This document shows positions 11,279-23,922 of a DNA stretch of 64,000 bases, piece after piece. The stretch spans positions 62,001-126,000 of the forward strand of contig CDROCS010006357.1 of NCBI GenBank assembly GCA_977020255.1, given 5' to 3'. The notes below the pieces were generated by a model. The model did not search any database. It saw nothing but the letters and a program-made list of their open reading frames with translations, and was not told the origin of the DNA. This DNA is from Obrimoposthia wandeli (taxonomy: Eukaryota). Positions within the stretch are counted from its first letter, which is position 1, and every line of letters begins with the position of its first letter. A program made the translations under genes and the position numbers.

Positions 11279-12379
11279 ATGAAATTTACCGTCGAACGCG
11301 AACATTTATTAAAGCCTTTGCAGCAGGTATCTGGTGCTTTAGGTGGTCGTCCTTCTTTACCTATCTTAGGTAATATTCTGCTTAAAGTGGAAGAGGGATA
11401 CCTGTCGATGACAGGAACCGATTTAGAAGTCGAACTGATTGCAAAATTAGCACTAGAAACTGATTTTGAAGTTGGGGCGGTGACAGTGCCTTCTCGTAAG
11501 TTTCTCGATATTTGTCGTGGCTTGCCTGATGGTGCCAAGATTGCGGTTACGCTAGAAGGCGATCGTATTCTAATCCGTTCTGGCCGTAGTCGTTACTCAC
11601 TATCGACATTACCTGCCGCTGATTTTCCTAATATAGAAGATTGGCAGAGTGAAGTTGAATTCACGTTACCGCAAGGTCGCATGAGTCAGCTGATCCAAAG
11701 CACACAATTTTCAATGGCGCATCAAGATGTACGCTATTACTTAAATGGTATGCTGTTTGAAACTGACGGCAGCCATTTACGATCGGTCGCGACAGATGGC
11801 CACCGTATGGCGGTGTGCGCAATCGACTTAGCGCAAGAGCTGACAACAAAGCAGATCATTGTACCGCGTAAAGGGGTATTAGAACTGGTGCGCTTGCTGG
11901 ATAACGCTGAAGCGATGGTTGATATCCAAATCGGTAATTCAAATATTCGAGCAACCGTGAATAATTTTGTATTCACCTCGAAGCTCGTGGATGGACGTTT
12001 TCCTGACTACCGCCGTGTTATGCCACAAAGCAGCAATAAGTTTGTGGAAGCGAGTTGTGACGAATTACGTAAAGCGTTCTCACGTGCTGCGATCTTATCA
12101 AACGAAAAATTCCGAGGTGTGCGCGTTAACGTGTCAAAAGGCGAAATGCGTATAACCGCCAATAACCCTGAGCAAGAAGAAGCGGAAGAGTTTCTTGATG
12201 TTGATTATCAGGGGGATGACTTAGAAATCGGTTTTAACGTTAGCTATGTATTGGATGTGCTTAACACCTTAAAATGTGACCGAGTACGTTTGTCGCTAAC
12301 CGATGCTAATGCCAGTGCATTAGTTGAGGATTGCGCCAATGATGAAGCGATGTATGTTGTGATGCCAATTAGATTATAA
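11279..12379 (+). CDS. dnaN: DNA polymerase III beta sliding clamp
   Basis: MKFTVEREHLLKPLQQV, VATDGHRMA, GRFPDYRRV, C-terminal YVVMPIRL. Confidence 0.98.
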   Translation: MKFTVEREHLLKPLQQVSGALGGRPSLPILGNILLKVEEGYLSMTGTDLEVELIAKLALETDFEVGAVTVPSRKFLDICRGLPDGAKIAVTLEGDRILIRSGRSRYSLSTLPAADFPNIEDWQSEVEFTLPQGRMSQLIQSTQFSMAHQDVRYYLNGMLFETDGSHLRSVATDGHRMAVCAIDLAQELTTKQIIVPRKGVLELVRLLDNAEAMVDIQIGNSNIRATVNNFVFTSKLVDGRFPDYRRVMPQSSNKFVEASCDELRKAFSRAAILSNEKFRGVRVNVSKGEMRITANNPEQEEAEEFLDVDYQGDDLEIGFNVSYVLDVLNTLKCDRVRLSLTDANASALVEDCANDEAMYVVMPIRL

Positions 12380-12382
12380 AGT

Positions 12383-13462
12383 ATGGCACTTACTCGTTTA
12401 ATCGTTAAAGATTTCAGAAACATTGAAGAGTGTGACTTAGCTTTGTCCCCACGCTTTAATTTTTTGGTTGGCGCGAATGGCAGTGGAAAAACCAGTGTAT
12501 TGGAAGCTATCCATTATCTGGGGCATGGCCGTTCGTTCCGAAGCCACCTTACCAGTCGTGTTATTCGTCATGAGCAGCAAGAGTTGTTTATTCATGGACG
12601 AGTACTGACTAACAACCAATTAGAGCTTCCGCTTGGCATCAATAAAAAACGTGATGGCACAACGGAAGTGAAAGTCTCTGGTGAAAGCGGTCAAAAGCTA
12701 TCGCAATTAGCCCAAGTATTGCCCCTGCAATTGATCACACCCGAAGGGTTTGAGCTTTTGATTGGCGGTCCGAAATACCGCCGTTCTTTTATTGATTGGG
12801 GTGTATTTCATATAGAGCCTAAGTTCTATAATGCTTGGAGCCGGATTAAGCGACTCACCAAACAACGTAATGCACTGTTAAAAACGGCACGCAGCTACCG
12901 TGAACTCAGTTATTGGGATCAAGAGTTAGCACTGTTAGCTGAAGATATCAGTGTATGGCGAGACGAATACCTTATCGCGGTAAAACAAAAAGCGGCTGAA
13001 ATCTGCCAAGGATTTTTACCTGAGTATGATATTCAATTGTCTTATTACCGTGGTTGGGAGAAAGAAACCCCTTATGCTGAGCTGCTAAAACGTAATTTTG
13101 AGCGTGATTGTCAGCTTGGCTATACCGTAAATGGTCCGCATAAGGCCGATTTACGAATGAAGGTGGCTGGTACGCCTGTTGAAGATGTGTTGTCACGTGG
13201 ACAACTTAAACTGATGGTATGCGCATTGCGTTTAGCGCAAGGACTTCATCTAACAGAAGCAACGGGCAAACAGTGTATTTACCTTCTTGATGATTTTGCT
13301 TCCGAGCTGGATAGCCATCGGCGTGCGCTGTTAGCGCAACGGTTAAAAGAAACCAACGCCCAGGTTTTCATTAGTGCGATCAGTGATGAACAAATTGCAG
13401 ATATGCATGATGAAAATGGCAAGATGTTTCATGTGGAACACGGTAAAATAACCGCAGGATAA
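12383..13462 (+). CDS. recF: DNA replication/repair protein RecF
   Basis: GANGSGKTS Walker [24 protein letters not shown]. Confidence 0.97.
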   Translation: MALTRLIVKDFRNIEECDLALSPRFNFLVGANGSGKTSVLEAIHYLGHGRSFRSHLTSRVIRHEQQELFIHGRVLTNNQLELPLGINKKRDGTTEVKVSGESGQKLSQLAQVLPLQLITPEGFELLIGGPKYRRSFIDWGVFHIEPKFYNAWSRIKRLTKQRNALLKTARSYRELSYWDQELALLAEDISVWRDEYLIAVKQKAAEICQGFLPEYDIQLSYYRGWEKETPYAELLKRNFERDCQLGYTVNGPHKADLRMKVAGTPVEDVLSRGQLKLMVCALRLAQGLHLTEATGKQCIYLLDDFASELDSHRRALLAQRLKETNAQVFISAISDEQIADMHDENGKMFHVEHGKITAG

Positions 13463-13466
13463 TTAA

Positions 13467-15899
<2,433 letters not shown>

Positions 15900-15928
15900 A
15901 ACGTTCGGTGTTAGCCTCGTAACAACAC

Positions 15929-15957
15929 AAAACGCCACTTTTCGAGTGGCGTTTTTT
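15929..15957. terminator. Bidirectional intrinsic terminator between gyrB and flhA
   Basis: AAAACGCCACT-TTTCG-AGTGGCGTTTTTT perfect stem with A/T tracts on both sides, between convergent genes. Confidence 0.85.
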
Positions 15958-15985
15958 ATTGCTTAAATTTCAAATTCTTCTGGGG

Positions 15986-18088
15986 TTATCCCATATTACC
16001 CACAACAGCGACGCCTCTGTCATCAGGAATTTCATTAAACGATAATACCTGCAGACCACGCGCACAGACCCTTGAATAACGGGCTAGCAGTGGGCGCAAT
16101 TGTGGCAAGACCAATAAGATTGGGGTGTGGCCATTAATGCGCATGTTATCTAACACTTCAGGTAAGCTCCGTTGTAATTTTTCAATCACCGTTGGCTCTA
16201 AGGCAAAGCCGTCTAACTGGACGTGTCCTCCTGATTGTGCTTGGCTTAATGCCCCTAATAGCATGTTTTCTAATTCCGAAGAAAGAGTAACGGCAGGGAC
16301 TTCGGTTTTCATGCCGATTAAATTATTGAGCAGTACGCGGCGTAAAATACAACGAACATCTGCGGCCAATAGAATTGGATCTTTGGATAGTTCTGCTGAC
16401 TCGACCATTGAATTTGCAATGCTGACGATGTCAGACAGTGATACGCCATCAACGGTTAACTGACGGAATACACGCAGTAATTGTTGAGGGGTCAATTTTT
16501 GTTGCAGATCGTCAGCTAATTTACTGTTCAGTGTCGCAAGGCGTTCAATAATCCCCGCGACTTCTTCGGGGCTAAGAATGTCTTCAATGTAATCATTAAT
16601 TACCTTGCTGACATGGGTCGAGATAATGGTCGCATGATCAACCACGGTATAGCCGAGATTTACCGCTTTGTCTTTTTCTTGCACTGATATCCAGACAGCT
16701 TCCATGCCATAGGCTGGGTCTTTGGTGAGAATACCATCGACATTGCCATACACTTGGCCGGGGTTAATTGCCAGTAGGCGATCTATTTCAAGCTCGGCCT
16801 GGACAATCGTCGCGCCTCTCACTGCAATTTGGTACTGGCTTGCTTCTAATGCCAGATCATCTTTGACATGAATTTTCGGGATCACAAAGCCACGTTGTTC
16901 GGTTAATGTCTTACGGATACCGACTAAGCGGCTTAGCAGCTCAGCCCCCTGACGGCGATCAATTAAGCTTACTAAGCGAAAGCCGACATTTAAGCTCAAA
17001 GCATGAATGAGGGGAATGTCACTAACAATCAGTTCTTTATTTTCTGGTTGGCCGTGTTGCTCTACAATCTCTTCGGCGCGGACTAAGTCATCATCATTAT
17101 TTGTTGAGTCTTCTTTTTTTGTCAGTCGCCAGCCAGCAAAAGCAACTACGGCAGAAAAACATAAGAATGCGAAGTGAGGCATGCCTGGGATCAAACCCAG
17201 AATTAACATGATACCCGCGACTACAAACAGCACGACTGGCGATGCTAGCATCTGCTTACTGATTTGCTGTGACAGGTCGCTACTGTCAGCGACACGGGTA
17301 ACAATGATTGCAGCCGCTGTTGCCAATAACAATGATGGGATCTGGGCGACAAGACCATCACCAATGGTTAATAACGCATAGGTTTGGAAAGCGTCAGAAA
17401 ATGATAGTCCGTATTCGAACACACCAATGCTGATACCACCGATGATGTTAATAAACAGGATCAGCATTCCGGCAATGGCATCACCGCGAACAAACTTTGA
17501 TGCACCATCCATCGAACCATAGAAATCGGCTTCTTGTGCAACATCTTCGCGGCGTTGTTTAGCTTGAAGGTGATCGATAATACCGGCATTTAAGTCCGCA
17601 TCGATGGCCATCTGCTTACCCGGCATCGCATCAAGAGTAAAGCGGGCACTTACTTCGGAAATACGCTCTCCACCTTTGGTAACCACTACAAAGTTAATGA
17701 TTATCAAGATGACAAAGACCACCATACCGACAACATAGTTACCGCCGATCACCACATCACCAAAGGCTTGGATCACTTTACCTGCAGCATCGCCCCCGTT
17801 CTGACCGTTCAATAAAACCACACGGGTAGAGGCAACGTTCAGTGCCAGACGTAGCAAGGTTGCAATCAGCAAGATGCTCGGGAATACCGAGAAATCAAGC
17901 GATCGCTTACTGTATACGCTAACCAGCATCACGAGCAGTGAAAGTACGATATTGAAGGTAAACAACATATCCAGCACCATAGGTGGGATAGGCAGCATGA
18001 TCATCGCCAAGATGATCATAAGGACCAGTGGGATCCCCAGTTGTCCTTTAGCTAATAGCGTTAGTAGTGGGGCTAGTTTCTGTTTCAT
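15986..18088 (-). CDS. flhA: Lateral flagellar export gate protein FlhA (LfhA)
   Basis: EVSARFTLDAMPGKQMAIDADLNAG, FYGSMDGASKFVRGDA, TIGDGLVAQIP. Confidence 0.96.
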   Translation of the reverse strand: MKQKLAPLLTLLAKGQLGIPLVLMIILAMIMLPIPPMVLDMLFTFNIVLSLLVMLVSVYSKRSLDFSVFPSILLIATLLRLALNVASTRVVLLNGQNGGDAAGKVIQAFGDVVIGGNYVVGMVVFVILIIINFVVVTKGGERISEVSARFTLDAMPGKQMAIDADLNAGIIDHLQAKQRREDVAQEADFYGSMDGASKFVRGDAIAGMLILFINIIGGISIGVFEYGLSFSDAFQTYALLTIGDGLVAQIPSLLLATAAAIIVTRVADSSDLSQQISKQMLASPVVLFVVAGIMLILGLIPGMPHFAFLCFSAVVAFAGWRLTKKEDSTNNDDDLVRAEEIVEQHGQPENKELIVSDIPLIHALSLNVGFRLVSLIDRRQGAELLSRLVGIRKTLTEQRGFVIPKIHVKDDLALEASQYQIAVRGATIVQAELEIDRLLAINPGQVYGNVDGILTKDPAYGMEAVWISVQEKDKAVNLGYTVVDHATIISTHVSKVINDYIEDILSPEEVAGIIERLATLNSKLADDLQQKLTPQQLLRVFRQLTVDGVSLSDIVSIANSMVESAELSKDPILLAADVRCILRRVLLNNLIGMKTEVPAVTLSSELENMLLGALSQAQSGGHVQLDGFALEPTVIEKLQRSLPEVLDNMRINGHTPILLVLPQLRPLLARYSRVCARGLQVLSFNEIPDDRGVAVVGNMG

Positions 18089-18104
18089 TGATGCTCAGTT
18101 CCAA

Positions 18105-19232
18105 TTAGCGGTGCAATTCTTTGGGAATAGAGACCTGTGGGAATTCAGGTTTACTCGGTTGTCGACCCTGCTTGTATTGTTCCATCTGAAAGACAAAAGT
18201 CAGTATATGGGCAACGGCGACATATAAAGGGGCTGGAATTTCCTGCCATTCATTTGTTGAATAATAAACTGCACGTGTCAGAGCCGGAATTTCGACGATC
18301 GGGCAATTGTGATGGAGGGCAATCTTCCGCATCTCCAATGCCATCTGATCGGTAGCTTTAGCCAAAACAAAAGGGGCGCTGGCTTTATCTAAATCGTATT
18401 TTAAAGCAATAGCATAATGGGTCGGGTTAGTGATCACTACGTCTGCTTGCGGCACGGTTTTATGCATTTGCCGTTGCGACATTTGTTGCTGTAGCTGTCT
18501 GATCTTGGCTTTGACCTCTGGCTTACCTTCGCTGTTTTTATGTTCTTCTTTTACTTCCTGCTTGGTCATTTTGAGCTGCTTAGTGTAGTCCCACCCTGCA
18601 TACGGCAACTCTAATACCGCAATCAGCAGCAGCGCCAAACCAAAACTAAATAGCCCCTGCCATAAAATATCGACTGTTTGCAAAATCGCTTCGGTCATAG
18701 GTAAGCGTTGCAGGGCAATAATTTGTGTTAGGTGGTTGCTCAGTAACCAATATAAGCTACCGCCAATCAGGCTGACTTTTAGAATGCTTTTAACCAGTTC
18801 GACGAGCGATTTGGTCGAAAACATTTTTTTGATCCCCGATATAGGATTCATTTTTGAGAATTTGGGTTGGGCGGCAGTGACAGAAACATTCCAGCCACCT
18901 CGAATAATATTGGCTAAAATAGTGACCAGTAACAGTAGCCCAAAAATGGGACTGATGGTAAATATCATCGATGTTAAGCTGAATGATAGATGCTTCAACA
19001 TGAACTCAGGTTCAAATGCTGCTTTTTTAGGAAGTGCCAGATTTAAGGTGGCGATTTCGTGGAACATATGTGCTAAATCACTGGAAAAGGCACTTAACAG
19101 TAATGCTGCACCTAAGGTCATCAGGGCCGTAACCAACTCTTTTGAGCGCGGAAGGTTACCTTCTTCGCGGGCTTTGCGAAGCTTCTGCTGACTGGGTTGT
19201 TCAGTTTTATCTTGGCTACTGTTCTCACTCAT
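18105..19232 (-). CDS. flhB: Lateral flagellar export specificity switch FlhB (LfhB)
   Basis: DKTEQPSQQKLRKAREEG, KMTKQEVKEEHK, autocleavage motif VITNPTHYA. Confidence 0.96.
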   Translation of the reverse strand: MSENSSQDKTEQPSQQKLRKAREEGNLPRSKELVTALMTLGAALLLSAFSSDLAHMFHEIATLNLALPKKAAFEPEFMLKHLSFSLTSMIFTISPIFGLLLLVTILANIIRGGWNVSVTAAQPKFSKMNPISGIKKMFSTKSLVELVKSILKVSLIGGSLYWLLSNHLTQIIALQRLPMTEAILQTVDILWQGLFSFGLALLLIAVLELPYAGWDYTKQLKMTKQEVKEEHKNSEGKPEVKAKIRQLQQQMSQRQMHKTVPQADVVITNPTHYAIALKYDLDKASAPFVLAKATDQMALEMRKIALHHNCPIVEIPALTRAVYYSTNEWQEIPAPLYVAVAHILTFVFQMEQYKQGRQPSKPEFPQVSIPKELHR

Positions 19233-20008
19233 GGTTGAACGGCCTCCAAATTCGCCATCATAGCCAATGTTTCACTGCATAACCGAGTGAAGTTTTCCGG
19301 AATACTTGAAGTGGTAATGAGCAGGCACATCAGGCCGAGTAACATGGTCATCGGAAAGCCGAGTGCAAAAACATTTAGCTGAGGAGCAGCGCGGTTCATC
19401 ATGCCGAAAGCACCGTTAACCAGTAGCATCGCGCATACAGCGGGAAGTGCTAATAGAAAGGCCGCCGCAATCAGCCAGCCTAACCGCATTACCACGGAAT
19501 ACAGTGCATCTTGGCTTGGCATTTCGCCAACGGGCCACACTTTAAAGCTTTGTATTACCACATCGAGTGCCACTAAATGACCATCTAGCGCGAGAAACAA
19601 CAGCAATATGTAGAGCTGGTAGTATTTGCCAAGTGTTGGAATACTAACGCCATTAATCGGGTCATTGCTCATCGCCATGCCTAGCCCCATTTGCATTGAT
19701 AATATCTGCCCCATGGTGGTAAACACCCCAAAGAGTAATTCCAGCATTAATCCCATGATGCCACCAATAATCATTTGCTGGACACCCAGTATTAATGCAT
19801 CTAGCGATAAGGGATCAACACTGGGCATGGGGGGCATTAGGGGGGCTGCGAGAAGGCTGATACAAAATGCCAGTCCGACTCGAACTTGAGTCGGAATGGT
19901 TGAGCCACCAAATACTGGCATCATTAGCATGGCGGCACCTAAACGGAAAAAGGGCCACCAGATTTGGCCTAGCCAAGCGGTAAGCTGAGCCGCAGAAACA
20001 TCAAGCAT
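19229..20008 (-). CDS. fliR: Lateral flagellar export protein FliR (LfiR)
   Basis: Hydrophobic; FLALDGHL, NRAAPQLNVFALGFP; located between fliQ and flhB. Confidence 0.93.
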   Translation of the reverse strand: MLDVSAAQLTAWLGQIWWPFFRLGAAMLMMPVFGGSTIPTQVRVGLAFCISLLAAPLMPPMPSVDPLSLDALILGVQQMIIGGIMGLMLELLFGVFTTMGQILSMQMGLGMAMSNDPINGVSIPTLGKYYQLYILLLFLALDGHLVALDVVIQSFKVWPVGEMPSQDALYSVVMRLGWLIAAAFLLALPAVCAMLLVNGAFGMMNRAAPQLNVFALGFPMTMLLGLMCLLITTSSIPENFTRLCSETLAMMANLEAVQP

Positions 20009-20012
20009 GTAT

Positions 20013-20282
20013 TTAGCCGATTAGGTGAGGGATGTTTAAAAATAAGCGTGTGAATAGGTCGCTTAGCGTGCGCAATAACCATGGACCGGCAAAGCCGAGC
20101 ATGGCAAACGTCATCAGCAGGCGAGGCAGAAAACTAAGGGTTTGCTCGTTAATCTGAGTTGCGGCTTGAAAAATACTGACCACCAAGCCAACCAGCAGGC
20201 TTGGTATAATTAATACACAAACCATGCTTACGATGATCATTAACGCATCACCAAAAAAAGTCGCGACAAATTCAGAATTCAT
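20013..20282 (-). CDS. fliQ: Lateral flagellar export protein FliQ (LfiQ)
   Basis: GLVVSIFQAATQINEQTLSFLPR; probable start is ATG at 20282 (MNSEF). Confidence 0.93.
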   Translation of the reverse strand: MNSEFVATFFGDALMIIVSMVCVLIIPSLLVGLVVSIFQAATQINEQTLSFLPRLLMTFAMLGFAGPWLLRTLSDLFTRLFLNIPHLIG

Positions 20283-20284
20283 AA

Positions 20285-21013
20285 TTAGCCAAAGCTCGCA
20301 CTTAATGTACCCACAGTCATCGACCAACCATCGACCATCACAAACACCATTAGCTTAAACGGCAATGAGATAATCAAGGGTGATAGCATCATCATCCCCA
20401 TTGCCATTAAGACACTGGCAACGACCATATCGATGATCAAAAATGGAATGAATAACATAAAGCCAATTTGAAACGCTGTTTTTAATTCACTCAAAATGAA
20501 GGCTGGCATTACGAGCAAGAAGTCTAGGTCATCAACATTGTCTGGTGCTGGTTCATCAGCAATCCGTAATATTTGTTCTAGATCGGTTTCTCGGGTCTGC
20601 TGTAGCATAAACTGACGCAATGGCTGTTCAGCAACTTTAGCGGCCTCGAACATCGTCATTTCACCTTTCTGGTAAGGTACAACGGCATTGTCGTAAATGT
20701 CGTGGATCACTGGTCGCATAATAAACAGTGATAATGTCAGTGCAATGCCAACCAATACTCGGTTCGGGGGGCTTTGCTGTAAGCCCATCGCTTGGCGCAA
20801 GATACCGAGCACAATGATAATACGGGTAAAACTGGTCGTCATCAGCAGCATCGCAGGCAAAAATGCCAGCGCGGTCATAAGTAAGAATATTTGCAGCTTG
20901 ACGCTATATTCCTCTTGGCCGTTAGGCCCATTGATGGTCAAAAGAGGGAGGTCTTGTGCAAAAGCTGGGTGACTAAATAACAGAAGTGCCAGCAATATTC
21001 CGAGCAAACGCAT
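20285..21013 (-). CDS. fliP: Lateral flagellar export protein FliP (LfiP)
   Basis: Signal peptide; MTTSFTRIIIVL, QQSPPNRVL, SELKTAFQIGF, MGMMMLSP, LPFKLMVFVMVDGW. Confidence 0.96.
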   Translation of the reverse strand: MRLLGILLALLLFSHPAFAQDLPLLTINGPNGQEEYSVKLQIFLLMTALAFLPAMLLMTTSFTRIIIVLGILRQAMGLQQSPPNRVLVGIALTLSLFIMRPVIHDIYDNAVVPYQKGEMTMFEAAKVAEQPLRQFMLQQTRETDLEQILRIADEPAPDNVDDLDFLLVMPAFILSELKTAFQIGFMLFIPFLIIDMVVASVLMAMGMMMLSPLIISLPFKLMVFVMVDGWSMTVGTLSASFG

Positions 21014-21375
21014 TACTTGGTTAAACCTTTTAGCATGTCGTTATCATCAACAACACTCACCAAGCGCAGGCCGTATTTATTATTCACAATAACGACTTCA
21101 GCGTGACCGAGTAGGGTACCATTCACTTTGACATCCATGGCTTCACCACTGATTTTATCTAACTCGATAACTGTTCCTAAACCGATATTCATCAAATCAC
21201 CCACCATTAACTCTGTACTGGCGACTTCAAGTGTCAGGTTAACCGGAATATTACGAATGAAGTTCATGTCTTGTGATGATGTGGCTTCGGGGGCTTGGAC
21301 TTGGCCCAATGTACCTAAATCCAGATCATCCAAATCATCTAGGTCAAGACTCAAATCATTATTTTTTTCAGACAT
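21013..21375 (-). CDS. fliN: Lateral flagellar C-ring switch protein FliN (LfiN)
   Basis: SpoA domain IPVNLTLEV...GTVIELDK...VKVNGTLLGHAEVVIVNNKYGLR. Confidence 0.92.
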   Translation of the reverse strand: MSEKNNDLSLDLDDLDDLDLGTLGQVQAPEATSSQDMNFIRNIPVNLTLEVASTELMVGDLMNIGLGTVIELDKISGEAMDVKVNGTLLGHAEVVIVNNKYGLRLVSVVDDNDMLKGLTK

Positions 21376-21386
21376 ATTGGTTCTTC

Positions 21387-22280
21387 CTACTGCTTGATAA
21401 TGCTTTGAATTTGAAGCACTAAACTTGCGTTGTTTTCGGCAATTCGTGCTGTAAATAGTGATGTTTTTCCAGCTCTTACTGTTACTTCACTGGGTAGTTC
21501 CACGGGAATAATATCGCCTGTCTTTAAATCCATGACTTTTCCCAGAGCTAAATTACGTTCGCATAACGTGGTGGTTAATCGCATCGGAGTTTGACAAATT
21601 TTGGTTTGGATCTTTGCTTGAAGCTCCGGGTCTGTTTCTATGTCAGCAGTTTTACATTGTTGATCGCGTAAAAAGTCTAACCCAGCAAAGGGTAAGGCGA
21701 TCTCAAACCAGCCTTTATGACCGCAAACATCAATCGTAAAACGACAAACCTGATACAACTGATTATTTTGCATTGGGTTGCCAAGTCGAAGCGTATTCTT
21801 TTCGGTCAAGTGGTTATGCCAGCTGGTAATGCTGTGCCAACCATGTGCAAATTGTTCCAGTGCTAGATTGAAAAAGCGCTCAACTAGACGTAATTCAGTA
21901 TCACTCATATCATTGTTGCGGCGGATGTTATTACCGTTACCACCAAAAAATAGATCGACCATGAAAAATAACAACTCACCATCAATTGAGACGGTGCCAT
22001 GTAAATCGTGAGGGCTAACAGTAAACTCACGATATAAACAGGGTTTTTTAAGTTGCTGTAGGTAGTCTTGTAATTTTAAGGTGTCTTGTTGATCAAAACT
22101 AAACTCAACAGGGTGACGCAAAAGGTGATGAAAAGACTGTCGTGCAGAACGTTCAAACTGCTTGCAAACATTGTCGATAATCGCTTGTAATGCACCAATG
22201 CGGTGTTCAGGACTTGCGAGATCAAAATCACGGACCTCTGTCTGATCAAGGTTTGAAATGATTTTGCTCTTTTTCATCAT
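21387..22280 (-). CDS. fliM: Lateral flagellar C-ring protein FliM (LfiM; no CheY-binding N-terminal LSQ.EID peptide evident)
   Basis: FMVDLFFGG, SDTELRLV, C-terminal SpoA-like LGKVMDLKTGDIIP; upstream of fliN. Confidence 0.85.
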   Translation of the reverse strand: MMKKSKIISNLDQTEVRDFDLASPEHRIGALQAIIDNVCKQFERSARQSFHHLLRHPVEFSFDQQDTLKLQDYLQQLKKPCLYREFTVSPHDLHGTVSIDGELLFFMVDLFFGGNGNNIRRNNDMSDTELRLVERFFNLALEQFAHGWHSITSWHNHLTEKNTLRLGNPMQNNQLYQVCRFTIDVCGHKGWFEIALPFAGLDFLRDQQCKTADIETDPELQAKIQTKICQTPMRLTTTLCERNLALGKVMDLKTGDIIPVELPSEVTVRAGKTSLFTARIAENNASLVLQIQSIIKQ

Positions 22281-22360
22281 GACCTTATTTTAAATAATGA
22301 GTTTAAATAATAAAAATATGGAATCAGCATCACACGAAACCTATGGTTTTTATTAAATTA

Positions 22361-22506
22361 TACAATTTCAAATTGAATGTAATTCAATTTATGTAATCGT
22401 AAATAATGATAAATTATAAACAATAAATCATATGAAACATGTATCAATGTTTGGTTTAATACAATTTTAAATTGAGTGTAATTCAACCTATGCCATCGTA
22501 AATAAT
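22361..22506. repeat. Two imperfect 47-bp direct repeats (41/47 identical, period 99 bp) in the AT-rich fliM-motY divergent intergenic region
   Basis: 22361-22407 TACAATTTCAAATTGAATGTAATTCAATTTATGTAATCGTAAATAAT vs 22460-22506 TACAATTTTAAATTGAGTGTAATTCAACCTATGCCATCGTAAATAAT. Confidence 0.85.
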
Positions 22507-23022
22507 ATAACTATATTAATAGAGTTATAGTAGTTGTTAATTTTTTGATTTATTTTTTATTTTTTTGTAAAAAAGAAGACATTATCTAAAAAACAAGAAA
22601 ATATATAACTGATTACTAATATAACTCTATATTAAGTCACGTGATGCGGGCGAGACTACCTTTTGACCACTAGGTTTGTCAATCCAAATATACCATACAT
22701 AAGCCGTCAAAATATTATCATATTTAACAATGTATTTACCGCAATATATTGACGCTTGACATATTGCTATAGATGGTTTCTTATTCAGCTAAATAACGAG
22801 AGTGAAAAAGCCATACTATTAACAACTAACAATACTAACAATAATGGTAATTACGCCTCTATTTTGTGTGTTTTTTATTCTAATATGTTTTATTTTTTAG
22901 TGTTGAGATGGCGTATAAATATCACCAAAAAGAATGATTAATTAATTTACGTTATTAATTGATCGCTCTATTGTAATTAGATTTTCTTTAAAATAAAAAA
23001 ACAGCGTTTTTAAGGTTTTTTA

Positions 23023-23922
23023 TTGTTGACTAAGGCTTTGAATATAATGGTTATAAAAAGCATTATTACAATATTAGCACTAGTGCTTTCTTGTACCTTA
23101 TGTGCAGGTGATAATGTTTGGATATCACCATTGGATAGTAGTACTTGGGTATTCTCCGGTAATAAAACTGAGTGTGTTATCTCTCATGATGTAGAGGGTT
23201 TTGGTGTTGTTAAAATAATCACCGAAGCAGGAATGGGTACACGCTTAGAAATAAAATCGAAAGAACTAAAAAATCTAACAGATGATCATGCTGTTGATTC
23301 AATGCCAGCATTCTGGGCTGTTGAAAAAGTAAACAATATAAACTATCAAGGTAACGTTTCTTTTTCTTTATTGACTAGCGAACTTGTTTTTAATAATGCT
23401 GATGAAATTTTTAAGCGTTTAGACCAAGGCGAATGGATTAAAATTGGTTTAAATAGGGGGAGTCAAAAAAATGACGCCGTTGTGATTTCTAATGTAAATT
23501 TCGAATTACCAGCAAAACGATTTCTATCGTGTAAAGACGATTTGATATCACTTAATTATCAGCAGGTTAGATCTTCTGAATTTTATTACCCATCAGGTTC
23601 AACGTTAGTTTCTAAATCAGAGGTTAGAACGGCATACGGTATAGCTGAGTATGTGAAAGTTATTCGATCAATTAACAAAGTCTTGATTGATGGTTATTCA
23701 GACAGCCAAGGACGATCGACGGTTAACTTACGAATTTCACGTGAGCGGGCTGAAGAAGTGGCTGCACTACTGATTGAATTTGGTGTTCCCCAGAAAATGA
23801 TTCAAATTCGCTCTCATGGCGATCGTTATCCAATCGCTGATAACGCGCTAGCGGATGGGCGAAAGAAAAATCGACGCGTCACGGTACGTTTAATCAAGAA
23901 CTCTGCGGCAGGTGTGCAATGA
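23023..23922 (+). CDS. motY: Lateral stator-associated protein MotY (LafY-type) with C-terminal OmpA/peptidoglycan-binding domain
   Basis: Signal peptide; [20 protein letters not shown] MotY-N-like region; GYSDSQG...ISRERA...HGDRYP...GRKKNRRV OmpA domain. Start is TTG 23023 or ATG 23047. Confidence 0.85.
   Translation: MLTKALNIMVIKSIITILALVLSCTLCAGDNVWISPLDSSTWVFSGNKTECVISHDVEGFGVVKIITEAGMGTRLEIKSKELKNLTDDHAVDSMPAFWAVEKVNNINYQGNVSFSLLTSELVFNNADEIFKRLDQGEWIKIGLNRGSQKNDAVVISNVNFELPAKRFLSCKDDLISLNYQQVRSSEFYYPSGSTLVSKSEVRTAYGIAEYVKVIRSINKVLIDGYSDSQGRSTVNLRISRERAEEVAALLIEFGVPQKMIQIRSHGDRYPIADNALADGRKKNRRVTVRLIKNSAAGVQ

Noticed and set aside
22361-22506. 47-bp repeat pair or the 16-bp tandem repeat (36133) as a CRISPR array
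   Set aside because: Only two copies, or no spacers, respectively; no cas genes in the window.
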